Below, piece after piece: positions 31,134 through 58,179 of a DNA stretch of 64,000 nucleotides (positions are counted from its first letter, which is position 1; every line of letters begins with the position of its first letter). Below the pieces are notes generated by a model that made no database searches, was not told where the DNA came from, and saw only the letters and a list, made by a program, of their open reading frames with translations. The position numbers and the translations under genes were made by a program. The DNA is taken from NCBI RefSeq assembly GCF_009914755.1, contig NC_060947.1. One strand, written 5' to 3'. This DNA comes from the human T2T-CHM13v2.0 reference genome, Homo sapiens.

Positions 31134-34100
31134 GTTATGTTTGCTTTAAATAGAGGTGAACTAACTTTAAATTTTATTCTCCTTTTTTTCTCATGCCTCT
31201 GACTGTGATAAGCTTTATTTGAAACATTAGTTTTACAACTGTGTGCTACTTTAATTTACCTTCAGTACTACTATCTTGACCCTTTCGCTTTTTGCAACAC
31301 TTTTTCTTTCCAAATGCATTTTTTTCTTTCTAGATTTTTCCCACTCTGAACTCATAAGAAGTCTTTGTAGACATAGTTTTCATAGCAGTTTGTTCCTTGC
31401 ATTCATTGATAGGGTTATTCTTTGTGATAATCACATTATGGAGCATGTCAGTTTATTCACTCACACAATATCACTTCTAATGCATAGGAAGAACCATTTC
31501 TAAAAATTTTGTATGTGAAAAACCATTTCTAAATTTTTTCATTTGATATTATCTAACTGATAACTTTGTTCTTGCTTTCACACATATAAGCAAATGCCAT
31601 CCACAGCTATAACTGGATTGCCTAAACTGGTTTTATTATCCTGAACAGTTTTTCTTTTTGCTTTAATTTTAAAGACCTGTGGGTATGAAGATGTAACAAC
31701 TTCCACAGATGGCATTTTCTAATATCCTTCAACTTACATCAGTGAGATTCTTTTTTTTTTTCTTTGCCTTTTCTCTTAAATAAACCTTCCTGTTTTACTT
31801 TCTTCCTATTCTCTTTTCAATGGCAGGGTCAGAAAATGAGAGCTCACATATATGCTAAATTGCTTTCTTTCATCTGAAGTTAAGTGCGTGTCTTCCCAGG
31901 CCAAACATATCTGACCTTACCATGGCATTTATAATTTCTTTGGTAACTGACTATTAATCTACCTTTTTGGGGTTGCATTTTTTTTTTAATCTTCACAACA
32001 ACTAACTCTAGTTGCATATCTAAAAGAGAAATATCATTCTAATATACAGTAATTCTAAATATCTTTACAGAAATCCCCCATTATGCTAAAATTATACATG
32101 TCTAATTATCCAATATCAATGTCATGTGTACTTCTGTTGCCTTCAGAAATATTAGCCTGCTTTTCATTTTAATTCAACAATGGAAATAAGAGAGGAAGAA
32201 TACGCATTTTTTGCAATATTCTTGAGGTTGCTCTGGGCGTATACTTATGGGAGTCTTTGCCATTTATTAAGAATAAGTAGCAAAGGAAAGCAAAAAAAAA
32301 TGATAAGACATATCCATTCCCTAGGGCTCTAATGTTCAGGCTCAATTGGAGTCCCGAGGGTATTTTAACACCTAAAGCCTCTGACTATAAATGTGTCCCT
32401 CGGGTATTCTCAGTTATTTCAGGGAAGTGTCAGTTGCTCATTGTACAAGAAGCAATTATCCCCACGCAGAAAATAGTTCAAAGAAAGAAAGGAAGAAACC
32501 TAGTTAGTGAAACAAAGGACCGAAAGAAGAAAGCTTACAAGGAAATGAAAATTAAAAAGTACATTGCAAAAAGTGCAATGATATATATTTACTATTTATT
32601 TTATATTCAAAAGATAAATACAGATATAGTGGCATATAGTTATAGTCATCTATCTCTACATTTGCATCCATATTTTTATCCCACCCACATATGCGTACAT
32701 ATCCAGATCCACATTTCTGTCCTTATCTGTGTCTGTGAGAGGATGCAAGCTTGGTGGTTAGGAGCCCAAACACAAAAATAGATACCTTGAGCTGAAACTC
32801 AGGCTGTATCAGGCACTAGTAATGTGACATGAACAATATTCTTACTATGTCTTGGCCTCAATTTCTACATCTTTAAAGTGGAACTATTACCTACTTCATT
32901 TAGTTGTTATGGGATTAGAAGAGGTAACAGGTATAAAACACTGGTTACTGGTGACGTTGTTATTTAAACATGTTGGTTCATGTTAAAATCTTACACCTGA
33001 ATAGCAACAAAAAATGTTCTTTAACATATTATGCTCCTTTTAAAGGCAAATGGGTCCAAGAAATGATAGGCTTTTTGTTCTTATTGGCTCAATGGTTAGG
33101 TATTAAATGCACATTTATCAAGTCTGGGATGTGTTTATGCACTGCTTAGAGTTCTGAGAGAGTGACACAAAAGACACGAGTGACTCCTACCTACTTCTCT
33201 GGCCCAGGCACTATATGAAGTGAAGGCGGTAAAGGAGAACCTCAAAAAAAGGGACTCTGAATTGCTCTGGGCCTTGGATGCTTTGGAAGAGGGGCTGCTC
33301 TAAGGTTCCTTTTAGAGCAAGACAGTGAGTGTTGTGTAATAGGAGTCCTCCTCAAGAAATCATGGCACTCCAGGTGATCTTGCCACTTCTCAGTGTCTTA
33401 TTTTAATTGGTTTTCTTGTGAAAATAGGTCAAGTCACTTGATTTCACTTATAGCTTGGGGCCAGAGTCGATTTTTTCATGAGTTACTATTTAAGCAAAAT
33501 GACTTTAAATTGCTGAGGACACTAGGATTATGTCACTCACTTCCCTTAGAGGTAAGTACTCTACTTTGAGTTGGGAAATTTCCTGCAAGGACATTTTGAT
33601 CACCAAAGTTAAGTTTCCCAAATCACATATAATTTTTTTAGTTACTAATTCACTTTTCAAAATTTTATAGTTTTGCTAATTGTTACCAGACTAGAGCCAA
33701 TTTATATTTGAAGATATTTACATGTCTTTTATAAACAAAAGTCACATTCATTTTCAAGGGTCTAACAGTTTTGCAAAGTACATTCTTCCCCCATGAAGGT
33801 TAAAGAGCACAGATCAGCAGCTAAGCAATCATATTGGGCTTGTAATACTCAGAGGTTTAGTCCTGGATTTGTTTTGGATTATTAGTGTGTCGCTTGAACA
33901 GGTCACCTAACTCCTCTTTTACCTCAGTTTCCTTTGTGATGTGGCTGGAATAATAATACGACTTCTTTTTTGAAACCATACTTGGAAAATAAAATTTAAA
34001 ATATTTTTGCATCTAAATTTTGCCATACAAGTACTGAAAATATCAGAAAAATGGATTTCATGCTCAACTAACGAAATTAATTGCAGTAGTGTTTAAATGC

Positions 34101-35567
34101 AAACCAACACATTGTCAGTGATTAGACATTTAAAGCTGGAACTGATATTTATGAAAGTTAAATGAAGTTATTTCAAGGATCCAGTGAGTATTTGTTGACT
34201 ACTTCCTGTGAGCCAGTAAATTTGCTGGTGACTCATTGGTGAATGCAAAGATGAATGCCTACCCTCTGTCCCTCTCAAATCTTATGCCTGGGAAGGGAAA
34301 CAATTAAGCACATTATAGGGGCACATGGGACAACCTAAACATATCAGGGAAGTCTTCCCAGAGAAAATAATGATTAAGTTGTGACTTGAAGCATAATAAT
34401 TAGTATTACAGATGTGTGTGGGATAGGGAGGCGGGTATAAAGGGGACAAGAGGAGAAAGGATTGCAACTAGAGAGGAAAGAAAAACAGGTACTAGATCAT
34501 AAAAATTATGTAACCGAGACTACTTGAAAAAATGAGTATGGCAGTATCCTATGGGCACTGTGTGGTGAATAGAGAAGGAAAACAAGCTGGGGTCTTAATA
34601 AAAAAAAGTTACCGAAATCTTAGTGAGAAATGGTTGTGATCTGAACTGCAATGTTAGCAGTAAGGATAAGGAGAAGTTGATAAATTCAAGAAATATATAA
34701 AGGTTTTAATTAACGGAACTTCCTGATTAATTAGAAAGAGGGTGAGCAGGGCAAGTAGACACACAAAACAAAGCAATTACCAACTTGGTGCATGCTGATG
34801 CCTTTCAATTAGAAAAGGGCATATTTAGGGGGAAAGACTAATTTAGTTTGGATGAGTTGAGATTGAGGTACATATACAGAATATCATAATAATAGAGGTG
34901 TGGTAGAGTACAATGATTATTTAATCTTTTCACTCTATGTGAATGTGACTTAATGATGATCTGCTGAGAGCATTTGGAAGGACTTTAGAAATGATGGACT
35001 GAATATTTTCATGCCATGGAGCTGTTTCACCAGAAAAGCTTAAGGTAACTCTCAAGGCTAAAAGGGGAGTTATCAATGCCCAATAAGAAAGAAACACTGC
35101 AAAATTGGCAAGTCACTTTAATTTTACCATCTGTGCTACTTTTTTTCTTGCAGCATTGTTTTTCTTTCTTTTTAGATTTGTCTCTGTTTAATTCTGGAAA
35201 ATCTTTACCAATATATGAACAGATAAAGACTGTGTTTTATAAGTTGTGAATGGCCAAATTGAGAATTGTTGCACTCATCTTTCTTCTACTGCATACAGTG
35301 TTACTTCCTAGGACAAGTTGAAAGTAGGTAACTCATTGAAAGAAGGATGATAGATTTTGTGTTCTCTCATTACTTTTCAATTCCTAGAAATAATGATGAA
35401 CAAAAGCTGAACTTGTTTCCCCAGATCTCCTGCCTTTCTTTTCCGGAAAGGAATAGATGTATACTATACCACCTCCTGCTTTCATTAAGTAGAATTAAAA
35501 TAGCATGGTGACTGACCTGGACAGGTCTGGAATTTGATTTCCTTGTTCTGAACAAGAATGATTCTAG

Positions 35568-35914
<347 letters not shown>

Positions 35915-37211
35915 TCTTTAGCTGCCTTACTTGGACTTTATTTTGACTTCTTTCTGTGCAGGCATTTGCCCAGTCCTCTACTGCTAACCCAATGCTCTTT
36001 TAAACCCTTACTCTAGAATTTCTCCAAACCCATTTTGCCATCAAACCCTGCATCTACTGTATTTTAGGGGATGATACAGTGTATAGAGAGGGAGGAGGAA
36101 ACTCTATGGGCTTTTTGTAAGTAATGCGAAATGAGAGGGGACAGTCATTCAAAGACAACTAACAAGCCTAAAAATTGTTCTTCATCTTAAACTTCAAGTA
36201 AGCATTCTCTACTATATCTTTCCGTTTTTTTTAGAATGAAAATGCCTAGAATATGGATTGTTAGCTCATCAAGTAGGGATATGTGGTCTGGTTGCCATGA
36301 CCCCATTGATTTAATTGAGTTCACTCCCAACTATGATTCTCAATGAATCGTTAGTCTCATGTGTCCAATTCTGCTGTGTCATTCTGTTATTTTGGGGATG
36401 GATATTTTTAGGCTTGATATCCAAGAAAGCAGTTTCTCTCCCAGCTTTATGCAGAGCTTAAAATATTGTTAACTCTATACCTCCAGGTAAGGCAGAAATT
36501 GCATCCTAAAATAAAGTATTAACACTCACCTCTACTTTGAACAGTAGCAGTTCTAATTATGTAGGATGCAAACGATTAAAGATTATTTTTAAAATGTAAA
36601 TGTAACCCTCTTGTTTTTAAAGCATATACAAGCTGCAGAGTAGATTTATACATAAAAGGTGCTTTTTAATTTGCCTGCTAAGAAGAAAAAGTTGACTTTC
36701 ACTAGAGCTATTTAATTGTTTAAGGATAATGAAATATCTGAAGGCATCTCTAGTTAGGTTTAAGAGAAATAAAGAATGTCTCACCCATAAAGAGTTTGGA
36801 TTACATTTGCTTTCTTTGTGTGAAAGATACATAATTCATAAGCTAATGAGTTGTAAAGGACTTCTCAAAAGTAAAATTGTATTATCACTCCCAGGGGTAA
36901 AATAGTCAAACTATTCTGTAATAACTCATTCAAGTTTATTTTATCATAAAATGTTAAACATAATCCCCTCTTTTTAAATGTACCATGAGAATAATGCCAA
37001 GATATATAGAGAACTTAGGAATTATTAGAGCCAAAGTGGAAATAAATCCTAAGTGATATTTTACATTTTTTGTTTTCTGATGAAGAGGAAATTCAATATT
37101 TAAAAAATTAGGAATAAAAACATTGTTTAGCATCTAAAAGATAACTAAAATTAGACAACTTTTACATTTTTTTCAAGAAGTTATTTCCTTTTGCTATTGT
37201 GGTCTCATCAC

Positions 37212-37812
37212 TGTGATAAGAGCCTTCTATAATGGCTCCCAGTGATCCTTTCTCCTGGTATTTATGCCTTTGTATAATCCCCTTTATTTGTGTATGGGCT
37301 TAACCTAGTGATTAAAGAATAGAATATGACAAAAGTGAGGGGATGTCACTTTCAAGGTGAAGCTGTAAAAGATTGTGACTTTTGTCTTTCTCTCTCTCTC
37401 TATGTTTCTCTGTTTCACTCTCTCTTTCTGGCACTCTCTGGTTTTTCTCTCCTGCTTGTTCTGATGAATCAAGATGCCATGTAGAGGACTATGTAGCCAG
37501 AAATTGAAGGTAGCCTCTGGCCAGCAGCCAACAAGAAACAGGCCCTCAGTCAAACAGTTCTCCTGAGGAACTGCATCCTGAGTCCAATAATGTAAGTGAG
37601 CATGATGGCAGATCCTCCTCTAGTAGAGTTTTCACATGAAGTCACATTTCTCGCTGGCACCTTTGTTTTAGCCTAGTGGTCCTTGAGCCAGCAGATAGAT
37701 ATAAGCTGCACCCGGATTCCTGATCCACAGGTACTTTGAGCAATTAATTGTGTATTGTTTTAAGGCACTAAGATTTGGGGTAATTCACTATGGAGAAATA
37801 GGTAACTAATAA
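37212..37812 (+). mobile_element. MLT1F/G-like MaLR LTR
   Basis: ATGGCTCCCAGTGATCC...GGTAACTAATA pattern. Confidence 0.75.
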
Positions 37813-38646
37813 AGTCCTAAACAAATCTTCACTACTATATGCATTTTCTGTGTTTACATTTCCATTATGTGTAAATTTATCAAAGCTCAGTGAAATTTGT
37901 TACATAAATTAAACACTTATAAATATGGAATTTGTATATAATTCCAGTAGCCAATTTAAAAGGAAGTGGTATTCATGGTGAATTTCTTTGTCGCCAAAGA
38001 GGAAACATAATTTTGAATTTGATGGACAAGTAATTTTCCTCTGCAGCATAATTTTAATCTGAGGTTCCTGGATTCATGGTTAGCATTTTGGATAGGAGAA
38101 CATTTCTCTGCAAAAAGTTTATATTATCCAGTCCCCTTTCACTATACGACAGCAGTGGGTCTCAGACCTTGTGAAAACAAAAATACACCCAAACAATTCC
38201 ACACCCACCTAGAGAGGGTCACATTGTTTCTGGATTAGAAGTACAAGAAATCTCTGGATGGCCTATGAGCCAAAAAATCAATGTAAAGTGTTTTGTGCTT
38301 ATGTGCATTTTTCTGGTGAAAGAGCTCATGACTTTTCATGTGACACTAAACAAAGCTCATGGTCTCCAAACATGTTAAGAGTACCTGGAACACACCACCA
38401 CATTAACTGTGTTTTAGTGGCTAAACCATTGTTTTGACTATAACAACAGTTAGTTGATTGGTTAAATGATTTTTAAATATATTTATTCAACACATTTATT
38501 GAGGACCATGCAAGACATTAGAGGTACAACACTAAAAAGACATTCATGATTCTTCTCCTAAGGAGCTTATATTTTAGTAGGAAAATGGATATTAATCATG
38601 AAGAGTTCTGAGAAAATTAGAGAATGCTTGGAAGCATATAAGTGGG

Positions 38647-39141
38647 TGTGCCAGTTATTTGCCTGTTTGCTCTCAAATCCATTCTCTCTCCTTCCTTGTT
38701 CTGGTTTACATGACGAAGGTTGATCCTGCAAACAACATCATGCATGCTCCTTTGCTATCTGGCTACTTTATGAGCTTGCCTAAGGGAAGGCATGGGCAGA
38801 AAATTGGAGAGTCTGAGGCAGAGACAGGCCAGGATAATTTTCTCTCTGCTTCAGGTGGGTCTCTTGGCGGTGGCTCTGTCTCCTCCTGGGCTTTAGCTTC
38901 GACTGGGCAGCTACTACCTTTGTGTTTCAGATATCCCTTTGGTGGCCTCAATTCCTGACATCTGGTAACACTGTTACTTCCCTAGACTTTATTCTAGGTC
39001 TAGTCATGGTGGCAAATTTCTGCAGGTGCAAATCCATGAGTGTTTCATCTTCTATTTATTCTTTCAGCTCATCTAACACCTTCATAACTTGCCTTCTATA
39101 TTACATTTCTTCTGTTGACCTACTGGACCCTAACTGATACA
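38647..39141 (-). mobile_element. ERVL LTR (LTR33/LTR16-like) inside an L2 remnant
   Basis: TGTGCCAG...GACCCTAACTGATACA termini. Confidence 0.6.
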
Positions 39142-39423
39142 CCAGGCCACTCAAACTGGTTAAGGAAGGGATGTGTCAGGAAGGCTTTTCTCGAAGATGT
39201 TAGATTTGAGCTGAAGTCTGAAATATGAATATGTATTAACTAAGTCAAAATGTGGTTAGACAAACAAGAGAACATTTCAGGAAGAATGTGTGCTTGTGAT
39301 TTTCCAAAACTTCAAGGTCGATGTTGTTGAAGTTTGGAGAGCAATTTGGAGAATGGCATGAGAAGAAGTACATAATATGCCAAATTTTACAGGGCTTTAG
39401 TCCATGTTAAGAATTTTGGTATT

Positions 39424-39738
<315 letters not shown>

Positions 39739-42700
39739 GAATTTTCATCTTTATCATAAGAACAATAGGAAGCCTTTCATGGATTTTGAGCAATGTTCAG
39801 ATGTGTGTATTTTTAAATATGTATTTAAACATTTTTAACATGTGGAAAATGAGCTAGAAAGAAGTATAAGTAGATGCTGGTATAATAGCCAAAAGGCTAT
39901 TGTAATAAAAAAGCGATGCTAGTTTGGGCAATGTTGGGTAAAATTTTAAAGCTATTCAGATGACTTAGTGATGCTTGGATAAGGGATAGGTCAGGTAACG
40001 GAAGGTGACATAAATGATTGGTCTTTGTCAAAAAGGTGAATTATTATTCATTCACTGAGCTAGAAAAACTAGAGAAAGAATGAATTTGGGAAAAGGATAA
40101 AAAGTTCATTTTGGATCTATTGAATTTGGATGTCTTCAGAAAAATAATGGGAAAGTCTATGTGTTAGGATGACTGGATTGGATTTATAATTCATAATAAC
40201 CTGAACTGGATTTATTTTAATTTTGCTCAGTTGGGTGATCAACTAGCAAAGAGTTGATTTGGACATATTATAGATGTGTCATTTGTGATCTTGTTTAGAT
40301 GAATGTGCTTTCTTGGTAAGATAAGCATTTCCATTCTAAAATCTTTAAAATAACTTAGTTTTGAAAACTTAGTTGTCTATGAGTTTCTATTATTCATCTT
40401 AGTGTTTTTATTTCCCACATTCCTTCACATTTACTAGATGCTTCATAATGTTTAGGAAATTTAAATCGAGTTATGCCTTTCTAAATGATACCAAATTTTT
40501 CCCCTCCCAGACTAAACTTTTTAATCATATTGCAAATTGAATGAATTTAGAAACGTAACAAATCTTTTAGGTTGTGGTGGTAAATGTGGTCCTATGTTAA
40601 AATTTTGGTATGACAGAGAAGAGAACATCAAATTTTTTTACATTTTAGAGGTAATTCAGTGAGTCAAATGCTAATTCCAAACTTAAGTGCTCAGAAAATA
40701 TGACCTCCATTAGATTCCATGGAAATGAGCTAATTAAAGCTCATTTAAGAAAGAGCTCTTTTAAAGTTCTTGACATAATTTCCTCTTATCCTTATTCTTC
40801 CTTCAAAACTCACCTTTAAATTATGACATTGTAATATTGTCAAAGTGTAGGGAATGTAAATGTGGACATCCATCTGAATCAAGTCACTAGAGATATTCAA
40901 CAACTTCCACAATACCAGAAAAGAAAATCTGATCTTTGAATATGTTGTATTTGGTACTTTGAGAATGCTCCTTTACAAAAAATACTACAAGTTATTTTAG
41001 AACAATCTTATTTTTGGTTTTTTGGAACGTTAGAAAGAACTTGAAAATGTAGAGGATAACTTCCCTTGACTGCAAGTTATTAGATAAATTCACGTCATTT
41101 TCACCTCATTAACATTCTAAACTCTTTTCTCTTTCCTTTATGTCAAAAGCAATATCTGTCAAGATAAGATAATCTGTTATTTTGAGATTACCACTCCATA
41201 TTTACAATAGCTTCTCATTTATGTACCAAGCAAGCCCCCATGCCTGAAAGAGTAATTCAAAATTGTATTGTTTTGTGTTTGCTTGTGTGTTTTTTTGTGT
41301 ATTTTCATTATGTTTGTGTTTTCATTAATTCAGTGGTAACATAAAACCACAAATAGCTGTCATCTATAAGCTGGCAATTGCTTTTGTAGAGAGCATTTAA
41401 AACGACATTGCATTTACCCGAACGTCTTTACTTGTTTCACCCTAAACATTTTATAACACTTTAACATATCAAATTTGGTAAAAATTTATGGATGTCAAAT
41501 GCAAAATCATATCAATAAAAGATAGTGTTCAACCTCAACCTCAAACAGAAGCGAGTAAACTGCCCAACCATCTCTATGCATAAGACAAGATAATAACGTC
41601 CTGTTACAAAGAAAAACATGTACATGGGCCTGGAATGTTCACAATTTATGAATACAAGATATAATGAAAAGGTAATTTTTCAAGTAGTAAATGAATAAAA
41701 GTAGTTTACATTTTTGTAAAATACTGTATAATTTGTGATGGGGAAGAAAAGCTTAACTGAATGGCTTAAGTAGCAAAAAATTTTAACGAAACTAAGAGGT
41801 ACTTTGGTGTTAAATTATAGTACATCAAATTAGGAAATTTAGTTGAAAAATTAATCTTTATCAATATTTGAATAGCTTTCTTTCCACTTTACTTTTGTCC
41901 AGTTGGGCTTTGTTTACTTAGGTTTAAAGCTTGACAGGAAATGTTATTGTGCACAGACATGGTTTGGGTGTCTGAGTGGAAGGTGTGGCTAGCTACAAAC
42001 AATAAAGGTTTCCTTGCTTCCTTCCCATTTATACACCAATTTTATACATTTATTTTATACACACATTTATACACCATTTATACACCAATTTTAAGTTTTG
42101 AGATGTCATCTCACCTCCACGAAACAGTGTATTTCTCCTTCAAATGGATAGGCCTAAGTCAAGTAGAAAAATGCATAGGGGTTGTGAAGGAAAAGAACTG
42201 TGGCCTTCATGGATTTAGAAGCTCTGTTGTTGAATACTCCAGAATAAGAAACATTACTGAGAATATGTTAGACTTTAAATGAGTGTATAGGAAAATTCAA
42301 GCAGATCTTTCTGATGTTTGGCATTTCTAGATGTTATTTCAAGGGTATAGGCATATTGTTGGCATCTAGGTGCATTCTTTTAAAAATTGTTTTTTGATAA
42401 CGGTATTAAAGGATTTGAGTATCTTAGCATTGCAGATCACCAAGCATTAGCAATTTCAAATAGAGTTGGAGGATTATTAAACATTACTTGTCTATCAGTT
42501 ACAGCAAAAAAGCAAAAATGCTGATAGATATAGGAAGGCATTTGTATAGTGTATACACATCTCTTGACAATGCCTGAACTAGTATTCAATAAAATTCAAA
42601 CATTTAAAAATTATTTTTGTTCTCATGGTGGTTTTCAGATTAAATTCAAATCCTTCTTCAGTGATTCACAAATCCTTTTATATTTAAAAGTTGTAAAATC

Positions 42701-44281
42701 TTTCAACCTGAGAAAGCTGATTAAATAATAATAATAAAAGTTGTAAAATTTTTAGTGTTAACTTGAAAATATTAGAAAATTTGATCCCTGAAATTAGGAA
42801 TTCCTCATCCCTAAGTTGATGGCCAAAGACTAATATTTCTAAATTGCTAAATAAAATATCTCCTGTATTCTTTATAGATATTAATAATTAGAATCAAATC
42901 AGTCTTATTTGGAAACAATGAGTACCTAATTAAATATGGTGAGAATACTGTGCAAGTTATATTTTATTTTCATAAAACATTATTTTCAAATTATGTGTAT
43001 GTTTTAGATGATTCCCTTTTGTGCAAGAAATATTTCTATATTAGGCACACAGACATACAGTGTGTGCATTATATATAAAAGCAATTCTAAGAAATGTTAA
43101 CCTGTAGTGAACTATGTATTGAAGGAGAAAGAAGAGAGGAAACTCATACAAGGCGGCAGGGGAGAAAGTATGAACAAAGGCAAAATGATTAGAAAGGTAT
43201 GAATGTAAAAACATTGAAAAAGAATCCAACTGTAAAAAGGATATCAGTAGGAGTTTGAGTTATATCTTTACAAAGAGAACTGAAATGGAGATACAACCTA
43301 ATTTGACTAGAGAGGCAGTTTATATTTGAAGGGTTTTAAGTCATGAACACTTAGGATTTTCATAATGAGAAAATAATTGAAATTATTGTGTAGAACCTGC
43401 AATGGAAATGATCACACGATTTCCTTAATTACCAAGGCTTTTATGATATAGTATATTGTGTGTTTGATTTTTGCGAGATGACATAGACATAGGTATTCTC
43501 AATCTTGGGATTAGAACTGGAAAAGTAAAACTACATTAAAAGCTTTGCTGAATAAAACTCTCGTGCTAATATTTGAGTGCATTCAATTGTTTGCATGCAT
43601 GTTGTTGCAAACAAAAGTTCCACATATTTTAGTAAAATTTACATTATGGCCCTTGGGTACTGGTGAGCTACAATGAAGAAGGGATGGTGAAGAAAACATA
43701 ACCACTGAAAAGGCAAATTATGGGAGAGGTTCCTTTAGCTAAGTCCTTTCATTTTTAGGTAGTTGATATAAAAATTAATTAGAGTTGAAGTTAAGTATCC
43801 TTCTGTATTACATATACCTTTAGTGGTTATATCATCATCTGGGATCCAAATAATAAAGTAAAAATACTTCAAAATGTCTCATTATTCTATAGTATGATTA
43901 AAAATACAAATGAACAAGTTGATAAAATAGATTGAATCAATAAACCATTTTAAAGATTAATCTTCTGGTCATCCTTAATTTAGCTTAATCTTTCTACACG
44001 AATAATTTTAGGCAATGTTAAATCATAATTATATGACACAAAAAATCCTATATTAATTGTTTACTGCTAATCAGAACTGCATGTATTAAGCATTATCTCA
44101 TATTTTAATATTTGAAGTCACAAAGGGATATGTGGGCAATTAGGAAATATTACAAGGTTTTCAAAAATAATGCATTCTATTAAAATGAATGTGTTGACAG
44201 TAGGATAAACCCTCCATTACCTTCATTCAATTGAGCAGGAATTCTTTTTCTCTTTTTTTTTTTTTTTTTTTTTTGTGGTAG

Positions 44282-44650
<369 letters not shown>

Positions 44651-44749
44651 TAAATAAAAGAAGGATACATAGAGTCAAAAATAGGATTTCAATATTTGAA
44701 ATGAAAGTAGCAGATATGAATGTGTTTCATAACAAAGAGATTTCTAATA

Positions 44750-55170
<10,421 letters not shown>

Positions 55171-55666
55171 TTACCATTTATGAAAAGGAACAATCTATTG
55201 ATGCATACAACTTGGATACGTATCTAAAGAATTATGTTGCCTGGAAAAAGCCAATGTCAAAAGGTTATTTTCTGTAAGTTTCCATTTTTAACCTTTTGAA
55301 AAGACAAAGTTTCAGGAGGAGAGTATAAATTAGTGATTTCCATGGGAGTGAGATAAGGTTGTGGAACTGAGGGAAGCTTCTTTGGGAGGGAGGTGGGTGT
55401 GCTTATGCAAAGGCAAAATAGGGGATATCTATGATGATTATTTTGTCCTGTATCTTGATTCTTAGTAGATGCATGAAGCTACACGCGATAGAATTATACA
55501 CAATTAAATACACTCGCCCCTGCTGAAGTATAAGTAAAACTGTGGATTGTAACAATGTTGGTTTCCTAAGATCCTGGTTGTGGTATTGTACTATAGGGCT
55601 TTTTAATGATGAAAAACACATAAAATAAACTGTACCTTCTTAATCATTCCTAAGTGTGTTAGTTGA

Positions 55667-56180
<514 letters not shown>

Positions 56181-57790
56181 TCTGCTTTCTGTTTTTATGA
56201 ATTTGATTCATGTAAGTGAAATCATACAGAATTTGTCTTTTTGTGACTGGTTTATTTCAGTCAGTATAATGTCCTCAAGGTTCATCCATGTTGTAGCATA
56301 TGTCAGAATTTATTTCCTTCTTAAAGCTAAATACTATTCCATTGTGTGTGTGTATATATATACATATCACATTTTGTTTATTCATTAATTTCTCAGTGAA
56401 CACTGGATTGCTTCCACCTTTTGGCTATTGTAAATAGTACTGCTATAAATATAAGTGTGCAAATATCTTTTCAAGACCTTGCTCAATTCTTTTGGGTGTA
56501 TAACTACAAGAAGAATTACTTGATCATGTAGTAGTTCTATTTTTAATTTTTTGAGGAAGCACCAGAACGTTTTCCATAGTGTCTGTGCCATTTTAAAATT
56601 CCATCAACAGTGCATGAGGCTTCCAATTTCTCCACATCCTCACCAACAATTATTTTCTGTTTATTTGTTTGCTTGGATAATGGCTATGCTAGGAGGTATG
56701 AGGTGATATCTCATTGTGCTTTTTTCAGCTTTGCTGAGGTAAAATTGACAAAGAAATAAAATATATTCAAAGTGTACAACATGATGTTTTGCTGTACATA
56801 TATATTGTAAAAGTACTGTAACAATCAAGCTAATTAACATAGCCATCAACAACACATGTAGTTACTCTTTTTGTTGTGGTGAGAATACTTAAGGTCTACT
56901 CTCTTAGCATATTTCAAACATACAGCACATTATTATTAACTATAGCCAGCATGCTGTATGTTAGGTCTCCAGAACTTGTTCATTTCATATCTTCAAGTTC
57001 GTACCTTTTGACCAACATCTACTCATTTCCCCTATCCTCTACTCCTGGTAACCACCCTTCTACTCTGCATCTGAGTATGACTTTATTAGATTCCACATAT
57101 AAATGGGATCATGTAGTATTTGTCTTTCTGTGTCTGACTTATTCCATTTAGTATAATGTCCTAGGTTGATCTGTGTTGTCACAACTAGCAGGATTTCATT
57201 CTCTTTAGGCTGAATAATATTCCAGTGTATGTGTGTACACTATATATGTGTGTGTGTGTATATCTTTTCTTTATCCATTCATCCATCAACAGGCTCTTAG
57301 GTTGATTCCATATCTTGGTTATTGTGAATAATGCTGCAATGAACATAGGAGTGCAGAAATCTCTTCAAAATAATGACTTTATTTCTTTTAGACATATATT
57401 CCAGAGTGGGACTGCTGGATCATATGGTAGTTATATTTCTAATTTTTTATGGAATGTTTATACTGTTCTCCATAGAGGCTGCATTAATTTACATTCCCAT
57501 AAACAGTGTACAAGGGTTCCCTTTTCTTCACATCTTCACCAACACGTGTTATCTTTTGACTTTTTGATAACAGCCATCCTCATAGTTATGAGGTAATATC
57601 TCATTGTGGTTATGATTTGCATTTCCCTGGTGATTAGTGAAGTTGAACACCTTTTCATATACCTGTTGGCCATTTGTATGTCTTCTTTGGAAAGATGACT
57701 ACTCAGGTCTTTTGCCCTTTTAAAGTCAGGTTATTTATTTTTTGGCTATCAAGTTGTATAAGTTCCTTGTATATTTTGGATATTAACCCC

Positions 57791-58179
57791 TGAATTAGTC
57801 TGTTCTCACACTGCTATAAAGAACTACTTGAGACTGGGTAATTTATGAAGAAAAGAGGTTTCATTGACTCACAGTTCTGCAGGCTGTACAGAAAGCATGG
57901 TTTGGGAGTCCTTAGGAAACTTACAATCATGGCAGTGGGGCAAAGGGGAAGCAAGCGCCTTCTTCACATGGCGAAGCAGGAGGAAGAGAGAGAGCGAAGG
58001 GGGAAGTGCTACACACTTTTAAGCAACCAGCTCTCCTGAGAACTCTATCATGAGTCAGCAAGGGACACATTCTCCCCCATGATCCAATCATGTCCAATCA
58101 GGTCCCACCCGCAACACTGAGGATTACAATTCAACATGAGATTTGGTGGTGGGGGGGGGTACAGGGCCAAACCATATCA
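57791..58179 (-). mobile_element. MSTA-like MaLR LTR
   Basis: TG..TTAGTC...CCAAACCATATCA; flanks ACCCC/ATCCC. Confidence 0.88.

Noticed and set aside
32332-32781. 149-aa ORF in unique sequence
   Set aside because: Low-complexity composition, no recognisable domain, runs into a MIR.
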